Origin: Fontivita pretiosa
GTDB taxonomy: Bacteria > Planctomycetota > Phycisphaerae > Tepidisphaerales > Tepidisphaeraceae
Length of the DNA stretch: 64,000 bases
Direction of reading: 5' to 3'
Assembly (NCBI RefSeq): GCF_050410795.1
Contig: NZ_CP191258.1
Coordinates: forward strand, 1,443,118 to 1,507,117
A program made the translations under genes and the position numbers. This document shows positions 28,765 to 38,489 of this stretch, one piece after another. Within the stretch, counting starts at the first letter, position 1. Each line of letters starts with the position of its first letter. A model generated the notes under the pieces. The model searched no databases and was not told where the DNA came from. It saw only the letters and a list, made by a program, of their open reading frames with translations.

Positions 28765-29988
28765 ATGTCCAACTCCGATTCGAACCCGAAGAAAATCGTC
28801 CTCGCCTACAGCGGCGGGCTGGATACTTCCGTCATTCTTCCCTGGCTCAAGGAGCGTTACCCGGGCGTGAAGCTGGTCGCATTCGCGGCCGAGCTCGGGC
28901 AGGGCGACGAGCTGAAGGGGATCGAAGACAAGGCCTACAAAAGCGGCGCCGATGAGGTTGTCGTGATGGACCTGCGGCAGGAGTTCGCCGAGAAGTACTG
29001 CTTCCCCATGCTGCGGGCGCACGCGATCTACGAACAGGACTATCTGCTGGGCACGAGCATCGCACGGCCACTGATCGCGGCCAAGCAGGTCGAGGTGGCG
29101 CATCAGACCGGTGCCGACGCGGTGGCCCACGGCGCCACCGGCAAGGGCAACGATCAGGTGCGTTTCGAGCTGACGTACATGGCCCTGGACCCGAAGCTCA
29201 AGATCATCGCGCCATGGAAGGACACGCGCTTCGAGCTGCGCGATCGCGAGAGCGCTGTCGAATATGCGCAGAAAAAGGGAATCCCCATCACCGTCAGCAA
29301 GACCAAAATCTACAGCCAGGATCGCAACCTCTGGCACATCTCCCACGAAGGCGCCGAGATCGAGCACCCGGATGCCGAGCCGAACTGGCAGGCCTGCCTG
29401 ACGATGGTCACCCCACCGGAAAAAGCGCCGAATGAGCCGGAAATCGTCGAGGTCGAGTTCGAGCGGGGCAACCCGGTCGCGGTGAACGGCAGGCGCCTGC
29501 CGCCGCACGAGATCGTCATCGAGCTGAACAGAATAGGCGGCACGCACGGCGTGGGCGTGACCGTGCTGGCGGAAAATCGTCTGGTCGGAATGAAATCCCG
29601 CGGCGTCTACGAGACGCCCGGCGGAACGATCCTCTACGAGGCTCACAAGGCCCTGGAACAGATCTGCCTGGAGCGTGACACGCTGCACTACAAGCTGCTG
29701 GTCGCGCAGCGCTACGCCGAGCTGGTCTATTACGGGCAATGGTTCCACCCGCTGCGCGAAGCGCTTCAGGCCTTCGTCGATCACACCAACGCCACCGTCA
29801 CCGGCATCGCCAGGGTGCGGCTCTACAAGGGCCGGGCCATGCACGTCGGCGCGAAAAGCCCCTATTCGCTGTACGATCCGCAACTGGCCAGTTTCAGCAT
29901 GGAAGGTTACGACGTAACGGCCGCACGCGGGTTCATCGACCTGTTCGGCCTGCCGATGAAAGTCGCCAGCCAGGCGAAACGATGGTAG
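28765..29988 (+). CDS. argG: Argininosuccinate synthase
   Basis: AYSGGLDTS PP-loop and a full-length ArgG match; start at MSNSDSNPKKIVLAYSGG. Confidence 0.95.
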   Translation: MSNSDSNPKKIVLAYSGGLDTSVILPWLKERYPGVKLVAFAAELGQGDELKGIEDKAYKSGADEVVVMDLRQEFAEKYCFPMLRAHAIYEQDYLLGTSIARPLIAAKQVEVAHQTGADAVAHGATGKGNDQVRFELTYMALDPKLKIIAPWKDTRFELRDRESAVEYAQKKGIPITVSKTKIYSQDRNLWHISHEGAEIEHPDAEPNWQACLTMVTPPEKAPNEPEIVEVEFERGNPVAVNGRRLPPHEIVIELNRIGGTHGVGVTVLAENRLVGMKSRGVYETPGGTILYEAHKALEQICLERDTLHYKLLVAQRYAELVYYGQWFHPLREALQAFVDHTNATVTGIARVRLYKGRAMHVGAKSPYSLYDPQLASFSMEGYDVTAARGFIDLFGLPMKVASQAKRW

Positions 29989-29994
29989 CACAAT

Positions 29995-30025
29995 CAGCCC
30001 CGGGTATGCCCCCGGGGCTGTTTTG
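29995..30025 (+). terminator. Rho-independent terminator of argG
   Basis: Perfect 10-bp stem CAGCCCCGGG/CCCGGGGCTG, 6-nt loop, then TTTTG, 7 nt after the stop. Confidence 0.7.
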
Positions 30026-30157
30026 CGCAAGTCGCGTTATAGCCTTCAGGCCGGTTTCTACTCTGGTTTTCCTTGCACAAGGTCTATGTTTCGACGACCA
30101 TGAATGCGCGTCGGGCAGGCGATTCTCGCACTGCGGTCCCAGCGCGGAGGCGGGGCC

Positions 30158-30949
30158 ATGAACGCTCAATGGCTGCTCGGTTGGTGGAACCTGGTCTTTC
30201 TGGTGCCATTTGCACTGGCACTGCTGTATCTGGGGGTCTATACCCTCAGCGGCTGGACCTTCGGCGACGCCGACGCAGACATGGACTCGGACGTTGACTC
30301 CGACCTCGACGCCGATGCCGATATGGACGCCGACGCCGACGTCGATGCCCACGCAGACGTCGATGCCGAAGCCGATCACGATCTGCCCCACGCCGAGCAT
30401 GATGTTGAGACTGACGGCTCGGCACTGGGTTCGGCGCTGTGGGCGGGCCTGAGTTTTCTTGGCGTGGGACAGGTCCCGCTCAGCATCGTCATGATGATCC
30501 TGCTGCTGACCTGGGGCGGAATCGGATTCGCCACCAATCAGCTCGCCCGCGAGCATGTCGGCCAGTCCTGGCACGTCGCCATGTATTCACTGCCGCTGGC
30601 GGCGATCGCGAGCCTGCTGATCACCAGCGGCACCAGCCGCGCCATCAACCGCTTCATGCCGCTGAACCTCAGCACCGCCAAGCGACGTCACGAACTGCTC
30701 GGAAGCGGCGGGGAAGTGATTTTGCCGGTCGATTCGAAATTCGGCCTGGTCAGCGTCCGCGATGAATCCGGCGACCTGTACCAGGTCCCCTGTCGGTTGG
30801 AATGCGGCGACGACGAGCATCGCGTGATCCCCAAAGGCGCGCGGGTCAAACTCGTCGCCTACAGCGCAAAGGAATCGCTGTTTTACGTGCTGCCGGTATC
30901 AAAGTCCGTCTACGCCAGCAGCGAGTCGAAGACAAAACAGAAAAGCTGA
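30158..30949 (+). CDS. NfeD-like membrane protein (YqiJ-type) with an acidic D-x repeat loop
   Basis: N-terminal TM helix, ~40-aa alternating-Asp tract, more TM helices, C-terminal OB-fold-like region; GGAGG RBS. Immediately upstream of the flotillin gene, the classic nfeD-SPFH pairing. Confidence 0.7.
   Translation: MNAQWLLGWWNLVFLVPFALALLYLGVYTLSGWTFGDADADMDSDVDSDLDADADMDADADVDAHADVDAEADHDLPHAEHDVETDGSALGSALWAGLSFLGVGQVPLSIVMMILLLTWGGIGFATNQLAREHVGQSWHVAMYSLPLAAIASLLITSGTSRAINRFMPLNLSTAKRRHELLGSGGEVILPVDSKFGLVSVRDESGDLYQVPCRLECGDDEHRVIPKGARVKLVAYSAKESLFYVLPVSKSVYASSESKTKQKS
30264..30382 (+). repeat. Imperfect hexanucleotide (GAC-NNN)n repeat, ~20 units, coding for [39 protein letters not shown]
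   Basis: Direct 6-nt periodicity visible in the sequence. Confidence 0.8.
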
Positions 30950-31054
30950 CCGCGCACAGACTCCGCGGGCCGCGCCCAGGCGCAGGCCACGCCGCGGCAA
31001 CCCGGCGACTGTGTGACACGATCGGTCGGCGTCTTTCCGAAACGGGGTGTTGTC

Positions 31055-32947
31055 ATGGTGTTATTCATCTTCTTCCTTGCCGGTGCGGCGGCGGCGGTGG
31101 CGTCGTTCATGGTCCCGGGACTGAACAACACCCAGCGGGTGCTGATGCTGGCCGGCGGACTCGTGCTGCTCGGCCTGGTCGCCATCGTCGCGGTGGTCAC
31201 TCGACTGTATCGCAAGGCGTCGGCGAATATGGCGTTCGTGCGCACCGGCGGCGCGGGGGTCAAGGTGGTGCAGGACGGCGGCGCGATCGTCGTGCCCGTG
31301 CTCCACAACGTCATCCCCGTCTCCCTGGAAACCATGCGACTCAACGTCGAACGCCGCGGGCCGCATGCACTGATCACCAAAGACAACCTGCGAGTGGACC
31401 TCTCGGCCGAGTTCTACATCAAGGTCCAGGCCAACCGCGACGACATCCTCCAGGCCGCCCGCTCGCTGGGCAACCGCAGCGTTCATCCCGAAGCCGTCAG
31501 CGAGCTGGTGCAGGAAAAACTGGTCAGCGCGCTGCGGACGGTGGCGGCCACCAAGGACCTGGTCGAGCTTCACTCCAAACGCGACGAGTTCGCCTCTTCC
31601 GTGCAGCAGATCGTCACGCACGACTTGGCCAGCAACGGCCTGACGCTGGAGTCGGTGACGATTTCCTCGCTGGACCAGACCGATCCCACTCAGCTCCAGG
31701 AACGCAACGTCTTCGACGCCCAGGGCCTGCGCAAGATCGCCGAGATCACCATGAAGGCCAAGGTCGATCGCAATGAGATCGAGCAGGAATCACAGAAGCA
31801 AGTGGTGCAGAAGAACGTTGCGACTCGCAAGCAAGTCCTGGACATGGAGCGTGACCAGGCGGAGTTCGAGGCCGAGCAGAAGGCCAAAGTCGCCAACGTT
31901 CGCGCCGAGCGCGAGCGTCAGATCGCGGAGTTCAAGATCCAGCAGGACGAGGCGGTTTCGCGGCGCGACATCGAGAAGATGAAGAACATCGAAACCGCGG
32001 AGGTGGAGCGGACGCTTGCGGTGGAGCAGGCGAACATCGCCAAGCAGATCGCGCTGATCGCCAGGCTCAAGGAGCAGGAGACCGCCAACATCCTGAAGAA
32101 GCAGGCGATCGAAGTGGCCGAGCGGGCGCGCGAGGTGGCGGTGGCGGAAAAGGAGCGCGAGCGCGCCGCGGCGCAGGCGGAGATGCTGGCAACCGAGGCG
32201 GAGCGGGAAAAGGCGCAGCAGTCGGTCGTGACCGTGCAGGTCACTTCCGAGGCCGAGCGCGAGGCCGCCAAACGCCTCATCGCCGCTCAGAACGAGGCCC
32301 GCCAGAAGCAGGTTCGCGATCAGACCGAAGCGGACGTGCTGGCGTACATGAAGGTCAAGGAAGCCGAGGCCCAGCGCCAGGCCGCCCAGATGCAGTACGA
32401 GGCGAAGCTGCGGCTCGCCGAGGCCGACGCCCAGGCCGCCGCCAAGCACGCCGACGGCGATCGCGCCGTCAAAATGGTCGATGTCAATGTCGAACGCGAG
32501 AAGGTCAATGTCGAGCAGGCGCGCGTCGATGTCGAACGCCAGAGCCTGGCCAACAAGAGCGAATTCGAGGAGGCAGCGCTGAAGTTCGAGCTGGAGAAGC
32601 TGCGGATCCAGGCGGAGAAGGAGTTCCGCATCGCCGCCGCCACGGCGCTGGGCAACATGCTGGCCAAGGCGAACATGCAGATTTTCGGCGACCCGACGAC
32701 GATGGCGCAGATGAGCGAGAAGTTCATGCGCGCCGCGGCACTGGGCAATGGCGTGGACGGGCTGCTGCGCACGCTGCCGGACGAAGGACAGGAGCTGCTG
32801 GCCAAGATCGGCACGGCGGTGGCGAATTCGCTCAAGCCCGCCGACGGCAATGGCGCCGGCGCCGCGGCCGCCGCCCCGACGCCCACTCCGCCGGGAAATG
32901 TTCCCGTCGCCGAGTCGCGCCCCACGCCTCCCAAAGCCAGAGGCTAA
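31055..32947 (+). CDS. Flotillin-like SPFH/band-7 protein (YqiK-type)
   Basis: N-terminal TM helix; SPFH domain; long E/A/K/R-rich coiled-coil flotillin region. Confidence 0.85.
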   Translation: MVLFIFFLAGAAAAVASFMVPGLNNTQRVLMLAGGLVLLGLVAIVAVVTRLYRKASANMAFVRTGGAGVKVVQDGGAIVVPVLHNVIPVSLETMRLNVERRGPHALITKDNLRVDLSAEFYIKVQANRDDILQAARSLGNRSVHPEAVSELVQEKLVSALRTVAATKDLVELHSKRDEFASSVQQIVTHDLASNGLTLESVTISSLDQTDPTQLQERNVFDAQGLRKIAEITMKAKVDRNEIEQESQKQVVQKNVATRKQVLDMERDQAEFEAEQKAKVANVRAERERQIAEFKIQQDEAVSRRDIEKMKNIETAEVERTLAVEQANIAKQIALIARLKEQETANILKKQAIEVAERAREVAVAEKERERAAAQAEMLATEAEREKAQQSVVTVQVTSEAEREAAKRLIAAQNEARQKQVRDQTEADVLAYMKVKEAEAQRQAAQMQYEAKLRLAEADAQAAAKHADGDRAVKMVDVNVEREKVNVEQARVDVERQSLANKSEFEEAALKFELEKLRIQAEKEFRIAAATALGNMLAKANMQIFGDPTTMAQMSEKFMRAAALGNGVDGLLRTLPDEGQELLAKIGTAVANSLKPADGNGAGAAAAAPTPTPPGNVPVAESRPTPPKARG

Positions 32948-32980
32948 GCGTTCCATGACCAGGTCCGCTTGATGAGTTAA

Positions 32981-33493
32981 TTGACCAGGCTCCCCCGACT
33001 ACTTCAGTGTTGGTCATTGGGATTTGGTCTTTTTGATCTGGAGATGCTGATGGGTCTTCGAGACGAGCTTGTTGCCCTGGGCATACCCATTCCTGAAGAG
33101 CTGCCCATCGACCGACTGGCGGAGATGCTGGGCGAGCGGCCATGCCGCAACACGCTGAGCCTGGTCGGGCTGAGCACGGTACTGTTTTTCGCGGCGGAGA
33201 AACAGCATAACCCGAAGGTGCGCGACATCTACGACGCGCTGATCTACTGCGCGACGGCGATCTCGGTGGGCTACGCCGACATCTTTCCCCGCACGCCGGT
33301 CGGGAAAGTGCTGGGCGCGATCCTGATGACGCTCGGCCCGGCGCTGGCCGCCCGCACCGTCGAAGGTCCCCGCACCCAACGACATGACGGAACCCAACAA
33401 CAGATTCTCCAGACGCTGCGGCAGATTCTCCAGCAGCTCCAGACCGCGCCAGTCGCAACCCCGCCAGGCGCAGCGGACACCGCCGCCAATTGA
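32981..33493 (+). CDS. Two-TM ion-channel (K+ channel-like pore) domain protein with a GYAD filter variant
   Basis: Pore helix plus SVGYADIFP, resembling the TVGYGD selectivity filter with Gly to Ala; start uncertain. Confidence 0.55.
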   Translation: MTRLPRLLQCWSLGFGLFDLEMLMGLRDELVALGIPIPEELPIDRLAEMLGERPCRNTLSLVGLSTVLFFAAEKQHNPKVRDIYDALIYCATAISVGYADIFPRTPVGKVLGAILMTLGPALAARTVEGPRTQRHDGTQQQILQTLRQILQQLQTAPVATPPGAADTAAN

Positions 33494-33548
33494 TCGCTCT
33501 CATGGCGGACCCGTTCGCAGGCGTCATGAATAAAAGGCACAGCGGCGA

Positions 33549-35384
33549 TCAGGGCGTTGACGAACCGCCTGATACGCCCGCCACCGCCGATGGTGAGTCG
33601 TCCAGCTTCATCTGATGCCTGGCCATGCGATAGTACAGCCCGCGTCTGGCGATCAGCTCGTGGTGTGTGCCCTGCTCGACAATGCGCCCTTCGTCCATGA
33701 CGAAGATCTGATCGCAGTCCGCGACGGTGCTGAGACGGTGACTGACGAGAATGATGGTTCGCTGGCGTTTGAGGCTTCGCAGCGTCTCGGTGATCATCTG
33801 CTCGTGCTGGGGATCCAGCGCGCTGGTCGGCTCGTCCATGACGATGATCGGCGCCTCGGTCAGCAGCGCCCGGGCGATGCTGATGCGCTGTTTCTGCCCG
33901 CCGGAGAGGTTCGATCCCGACTCGCTGATTTGCGTCTCGTACTTTTGCGGCAGTTTTTCGATGAAGCTTGCCGCCCCGGCCAGTTCCGCCGCGCGGCGGA
34001 TCTGGGCATCGGTGGCATCCGGCCGACCGTAGGCAATGTTCTCCGCCACCGTCGTCGGCAGAATCACGTTATCCTGCAGCACCAGGGCGACGTGTTTGCG
34101 CAGATCGGCGATTTTGATCTTGCGTGCATCGATGTCGTCCAGCTTCATCGCCCCGCCGGTCGGGTCGTAGAAGCGCGGCAGCAGATTCAGCAGGGTCGTC
34201 TTTCCGACCCCGCTGGAACCAACGAAGCCAACCATCTGTCCCGGAGAAATGCGGAAGCTGATCCCGCGAAGCACCGGCTCGCCGGGGCGATAGTGAAACT
34301 CGACATTCTCGAAAGCCAGCACGCGTGGCTTTCGCGGCAGGTGAATCGCATCCGGCGCGTCCTTGATCACCGGATCGCGATCCAGCACCTCGAACACCCG
34401 CTGCACCTGCGCCACGCTGCCCGCCAGGCTCGCCCCGCTGCCGCTGAGCTTGTTCAGCGGATCGTAAAGCTTCTCCAGGTAGATCAGGAACATGCTGAGC
34501 ATCCCCACTTTGAACGTCTGCGGCGACGTGTAGCTGAGGTACCCCCCATACGCCAGGATCGCGCACGACGCGACGGCGAAGATCGTGCCCAGGATGAACC
34601 AGTACATCACCTCATCCCAGTGCAAGCGCATCTTCACGCGGATGCTGTTGCCCTGTGTGGCCATGAAGTTCTCGAACTCGTCCTTCTCGCGGCCGAACGC
34701 CTGCACCAGCCCGATCGCCGCCACCGACCGCTGAATCGCCGTCGTGATCTGCGAATCGACCTCGTAGGACTGGGTATAGCGATCCTTGAGCAGCCGGGTG
34801 TAGTACCGGATCGTCACGACCAGAAACGGCACGACCGAAAGCGACACCAGCGTCAGCTTCCAGTTCATGCCGAACATGACCCAGGCCATGAAGCCGAGCG
34901 TCGCAAGGTTCACCAGGATTCCGATCAGCACGTTCAGCACGGATTGAAACCCCAGGCTGTCGTAGCTGAGGCGGTAAATCGCGTCGCCCTGAGGCTGGCT
35001 CTTGTGATACGCCAGGCTGAGCTGCTGAAGCTTGCGGAACAGATCGCAGCGGACGCGCATCATGCCGTTGTAGCCGATTCGGATATTGAGCATGGTCTGC
35101 GCGGTGCGGAGCAGCTCCGCGGCCATGCGGATCGCGAACATCAAAATCGCCAGCACGATGATCTGCTGCACCTTGTCCGCAGGGGCGTATTGCTGGAACA
35201 GCTCGTAGGGCAGGTATCGGGCGGTCGCGTCCCCGAGCACCACGTCGATCAGGATCGCCATCGGCATCGGCCAGAGCACGCCGAACAGCACCGACAGCCC
35301 CACCAGCAGGATCGAGGCGATGATCTTGCCGGCATCCTCGCGAAAGTAGGAGATGGCCCGCAGGTACAGACGCATGTCAAGCAT
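33549..35384 (-). CDS. ABC exporter, fused permease-ATPase (MsbA/NdvA-like)
   Basis: Six-TM N-terminal domain, Walker A GSSGVGKTT, signature LSGGQKQRISIARAL, Walker B IIVMDEPTSALD. Confidence 0.9.
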   Translation of the reverse strand: MLDMRLYLRAISYFREDAGKIIASILLVGLSVLFGVLWPMPMAILIDVVLGDATARYLPYELFQQYAPADKVQQIIVLAILMFAIRMAAELLRTAQTMLNIRIGYNGMMRVRCDLFRKLQQLSLAYHKSQPQGDAIYRLSYDSLGFQSVLNVLIGILVNLATLGFMAWVMFGMNWKLTLVSLSVVPFLVVTIRYYTRLLKDRYTQSYEVDSQITTAIQRSVAAIGLVQAFGREKDEFENFMATQGNSIRVKMRLHWDEVMYWFILGTIFAVASCAILAYGGYLSYTSPQTFKVGMLSMFLIYLEKLYDPLNKLSGSGASLAGSVAQVQRVFEVLDRDPVIKDAPDAIHLPRKPRVLAFENVEFHYRPGEPVLRGISFRISPGQMVGFVGSSGVGKTTLLNLLPRFYDPTGGAMKLDDIDARKIKIADLRKHVALVLQDNVILPTTVAENIAYGRPDATDAQIRRAAELAGAASFIEKLPQKYETQISESGSNLSGGQKQRISIARALLTEAPIIVMDEPTSALDPQHEQMITETLRSLKRQRTIILVSHRLSTVADCDQIFVMDEGRIVEQGTHHELIARRGLYYRMARHQMKLDDSPSAVAGVSGGSSTP

Positions 35385-35475
35385 GAGAAGCCGACAGGCT
35401 CAGAAGGCCGATGCGCGCAGGCCGCGAGCGTCCTCGCTTTCTCAACCTCTCAGCCTGTAATCCGATCATGATATC

Positions 35476-38151
35476 TCAAGCGATGGACGGCGTCTGCTCT
35501 TCCAGGTCGAGCTCTTCTTCGATCTCGACAGGTCTGGGCCTGCTGGTCTGCGCGGGCTGGGCGACGGGGATCGGGTCGAAGCCGACCTTCTCGGCGGCCT
35601 CGTCGATCAGGGCCATCACCGGCGGACCCACGACCGCCTTGTTCGACAGATACATCGCCCACAGGAACATGGGGATCAGGATCGCCGGTCTGCTGAACGG
35701 CCAGGGCAGAAACGCAAACAGCAGCCCGGTCATGATGAGGCTGGCAAAACTGAGCACCGAGCAGAACGTGCTGGGCAGCAGCTCGACTCTCACGCGAGTG
35801 AGCATTCCCCGCCCGTCGTGATGTTCGGACATCGTCGTCACGCGCACCTTCACGTACCGGCTGCCGTAGATCTCCATATCCCACTCGGCCCAGCCGGAAT
35901 CCAGGCGCATTCTCCAGCCGGCGGCGGCGACCTCCTCCTTGATCTTCTGGAGCAGCACGACGCGGTCGTGGTGGGTATTCCAGTATTGCAGCGTGCGTTT
36001 GCGCTTGGGATCCAGCGGCAGCGGGCGAGATCGCCTGCCCCGCTTGGCTTCGCGCTGGAGCACCTTGGCCTTCAGCCGCACCGAATACCGCGCCCACCCG
36101 CGGGCGATCGGCTGGCGGAAATGCAGCAGGGCGATCAGAGGCCGGCTCAGCCAGTGCCGGTGACGAGGCATCGGCGCCTGGATCGCCGCCACGATCGCCA
36201 GCACCACGGGCACGGCGAACATGAGCCCGGCCACCATCAGCAGCGGGGTAAACGCCAGCCCCAGCACCGCCACGAACGCGCTGAGCAGGTGCCACTCGAC
36301 GCTCATCAGCATCGCCGCCACCATCGAAGCCTGCCGGCGGTAGATGGTCTGGAACAGTCCCGAGCCGAACACGCCGTGGTAAATCACATCGCGCCCGATG
36401 CGCACGCCGATTCCGTCGCCTCCGTAGATTCGTCCGCGCCAACTGCTGGCGCCCAGCGTGTTGAAGTGGTCCGGGTGCTTGAACTTGAGCAGCGCCTCGG
36501 CCTCGCCGTAGCCACGCTGCTGCTTCAGGTACGCCTGCACGGTGTTTCGACGATAGTGCCAGACCTGCGCCGCCGGCGCAAAGCCGATCGTGTAGCCCAG
36601 GTGCTGCAATCGCCAGATGAAATCGACGTCATCGCCGGCCTTGCGGAACTGCGGGTCGAATCCGTTGATCAGCTTCGCCGCCCACGTGTAGAACGCCATG
36701 TTGCACCCGGGCACATGCTCGGCGGTGCGGTCGTCGATCATCACGTGTGTCGGCCCGCCGGGGCTCAGCCCCACGCAATCCGCGATCCACGAGCCTTCGT
36801 CGGGAATCAGGTTCGGCCCGCCCATCCCCACGTGTTTGCTCCGCAGCATCGCCAGCGCGAGGTAGTACAGCCAGTCTTCGTCGGCCTCGCAGTCGCTGTC
36901 GGTGTAGGCGATGATCTCGCCGGTCGCGGCGTTCATCCCCACGTTCCGGGCGTAGCTCAGGCCCATGTTCTTCTGGCGGATGTTGCGTACCCAGGGGAAC
37001 TTTTTGAGGATCTGCTGGGTGTTGTCGGTGCTGCCATCGTCGACGAAGATCACCTCGTAATCCGGATACCGCAGCCGCTGCATGGACCGCAGGCACGACT
37101 CGACCGTGCTGGCGCCGTTGTACGAGCAGATGATCACGCTGATTTTCGGCAGCTTCACGTCCGCCAGTTGCGGCGCGCGGTGATACAACTCCCGAATCGC
37201 ATGGAACGCCGGCTTGGGCGTGCGATCCTCCCGAACGATCCCGAACTTCCAGTCCGTGATCTGCCAGCCATGCGTGTACCACTCGTCGGTGTAGCTGAAG
37301 ATGAACGTGCCGGCCAGGCCTTCGTCGAACACCGCCCGCACGTGGTTGGCCAGGATCTCCGCCTGCTGCTGCTCGGTCTTTTCCCGATGCGTGTCGATTC
37401 CGTATTCGCCAAGCATCAGTGGCTTTTCCCCGGCGATGTGCTGGAGCCTGGCCAGGTAGTTGCGGAAAACCTGCTCGTCATGCAGGTAAACATTGAAGCA
37501 GACGAAGTCGATCTCTCGCGGCTGAAGATACTCGGTGGTCGGGAAGTTGGCGAAGGTCACCAGGCACTGCGGCGCCTCCTGCTTGACGATCCGCACCAGA
37601 TCGTCGACGAAATCCTCGACCCGCCTGCGCCCGTAATACCGCACCAGGTCCGCCGGAATCTCGTTGACCACGCTGATCGCAAAGATCGCCTCGTGATTGC
37701 CGCACGTGCGCGCCGCGTGCCGCACCGCCTGCTGCGCCTGTCGCGTCAACTCTGGATCATCCACAAACGACAGGTTCTTCGGCCAGGCCACGTCCAGAAA
37801 GATCTTCAGCCCCTTTCGGGCGGCCAGGTCCAGAAACCACTTCGGCGGCACGTGATAGATGCGGATGCAGTTGGCCCCCAGGTCCAGGATCTGCTCGAAG
37901 TCGCTTTCAACCTGTCCGGGATTCGGCAGCGGGTCTCCGTCGCGATTGGGCGCGAACGGCCCGTAGGTAACGCCCTTCACATAAAACTTCTGCGAACCCA
38001 GCCGAAAGAACTTGCCATCCCGACGCACGCGGTTGCTCAGCGGCTCGGCACGACGCTGACGACCCGCCGCGCCAGACGTACGCCCAGGCGCAGAAATGGG
38101 TTGCGAACAACCAGATCGACGCTCAACAACGGCAATGGACATAAGGCTCAC
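35476..38151 (-). CDS. Bifunctional glycoside-hydrolase-like (TIM barrel, GH17/GH-A-like) and GT2 glycosyltransferase membrane protein (NdvB-like beta-glucan synthase candidate)
   Basis: N-terminal TIM-barrel GH-like region; central GT2 motifs (ISVIICSYNG...DYEVIFVDDGSTD...DSDC...QxxRW-like); C-terminal multi-TM region. 891 aa, similar architecture to NdvB. Confidence 0.7.
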   Translation of the reverse strand: MSLMSIAVVERRSGCSQPISAPGRTSGAAGRQRRAEPLSNRVRRDGKFFRLGSQKFYVKGVTYGPFAPNRDGDPLPNPGQVESDFEQILDLGANCIRIYHVPPKWFLDLAARKGLKIFLDVAWPKNLSFVDDPELTRQAQQAVRHAARTCGNHEAIFAISVVNEIPADLVRYYGRRRVEDFVDDLVRIVKQEAPQCLVTFANFPTTEYLQPREIDFVCFNVYLHDEQVFRNYLARLQHIAGEKPLMLGEYGIDTHREKTEQQQAEILANHVRAVFDEGLAGTFIFSYTDEWYTHGWQITDWKFGIVREDRTPKPAFHAIRELYHRAPQLADVKLPKISVIICSYNGASTVESCLRSMQRLRYPDYEVIFVDDGSTDNTQQILKKFPWVRNIRQKNMGLSYARNVGMNAATGEIIAYTDSDCEADEDWLYYLALAMLRSKHVGMGGPNLIPDEGSWIADCVGLSPGGPTHVMIDDRTAEHVPGCNMAFYTWAAKLINGFDPQFRKAGDDVDFIWRLQHLGYTIGFAPAAQVWHYRRNTVQAYLKQQRGYGEAEALLKFKHPDHFNTLGASSWRGRIYGGDGIGVRIGRDVIYHGVFGSGLFQTIYRRQASMVAAMLMSVEWHLLSAFVAVLGLAFTPLLMVAGLMFAVPVVLAIVAAIQAPMPRHRHWLSRPLIALLHFRQPIARGWARYSVRLKAKVLQREAKRGRRSRPLPLDPKRKRTLQYWNTHHDRVVLLQKIKEEVAAAGWRMRLDSGWAEWDMEIYGSRYVKVRVTTMSEHHDGRGMLTRVRVELLPSTFCSVLSFASLIMTGLLFAFLPWPFSRPAILIPMFLWAMYLSNKAVVGPPVMALIDEAAEKVGFDPIPVAQPAQTSRPRPVEIEEELDLEEQTPSIA

Positions 38152-38351
38152 TTCCCTGCGCTTCCGTGCAGGCGGTCTACGGCAGGGTATCCTACGACAA
38201 CCCGTTCATTGTACCTACAAAATTCACGTCCCGCGGACAGCCGACACAAACTTCTCCCGCCCCCACCGCTTGCCGGCCACACAGCGACTCAGACACCCCC
38301 CATGATAGGTCCGTTAGCTCATCGTTATGGGACGGCGCCAATCAAACCATG

Positions 38352-38391
38352 CCAATGAAACCATTGAGCGCGCCAGTGAAACCATTGAGCC
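38352..38391 (+). promoter_or_regulatory. Two 19-bp direct repeats (CCAaTGAAACCATTGAGCg / CCAgTGAAACCATTGAGCc) spaced 21 bp, plus a third AAACCAT half-site
   Basis: Directly visible; ~100 bp upstream of the phosphatase gene in a divergent intergenic region. Confidence 0.35.
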
Positions 38392-38489
38392 GGCTCCCCG
38401 CCGCATGTGCCCAACTCCGCCCAAACCACGCCCCCTGTTGACCCACTTCGTTTTCGTGCATAATTACTCTATCTGGCATTGCACCTACG

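Noticed and set aside
28564-30030. 488-aa minus ORF
   Set aside because: Antisense to argG.
31790-32956. 388-aa minus ORF
   Set aside because: Antisense to the flotillin coiled-coil region; repetitive L/R/G translation.
33615-38358. 618-aa and 846-aa plus ORFs
   Set aside because: Antisense to the ABC exporter and the GH/GT2 gene, both of which have clear motifs on the minus strand.
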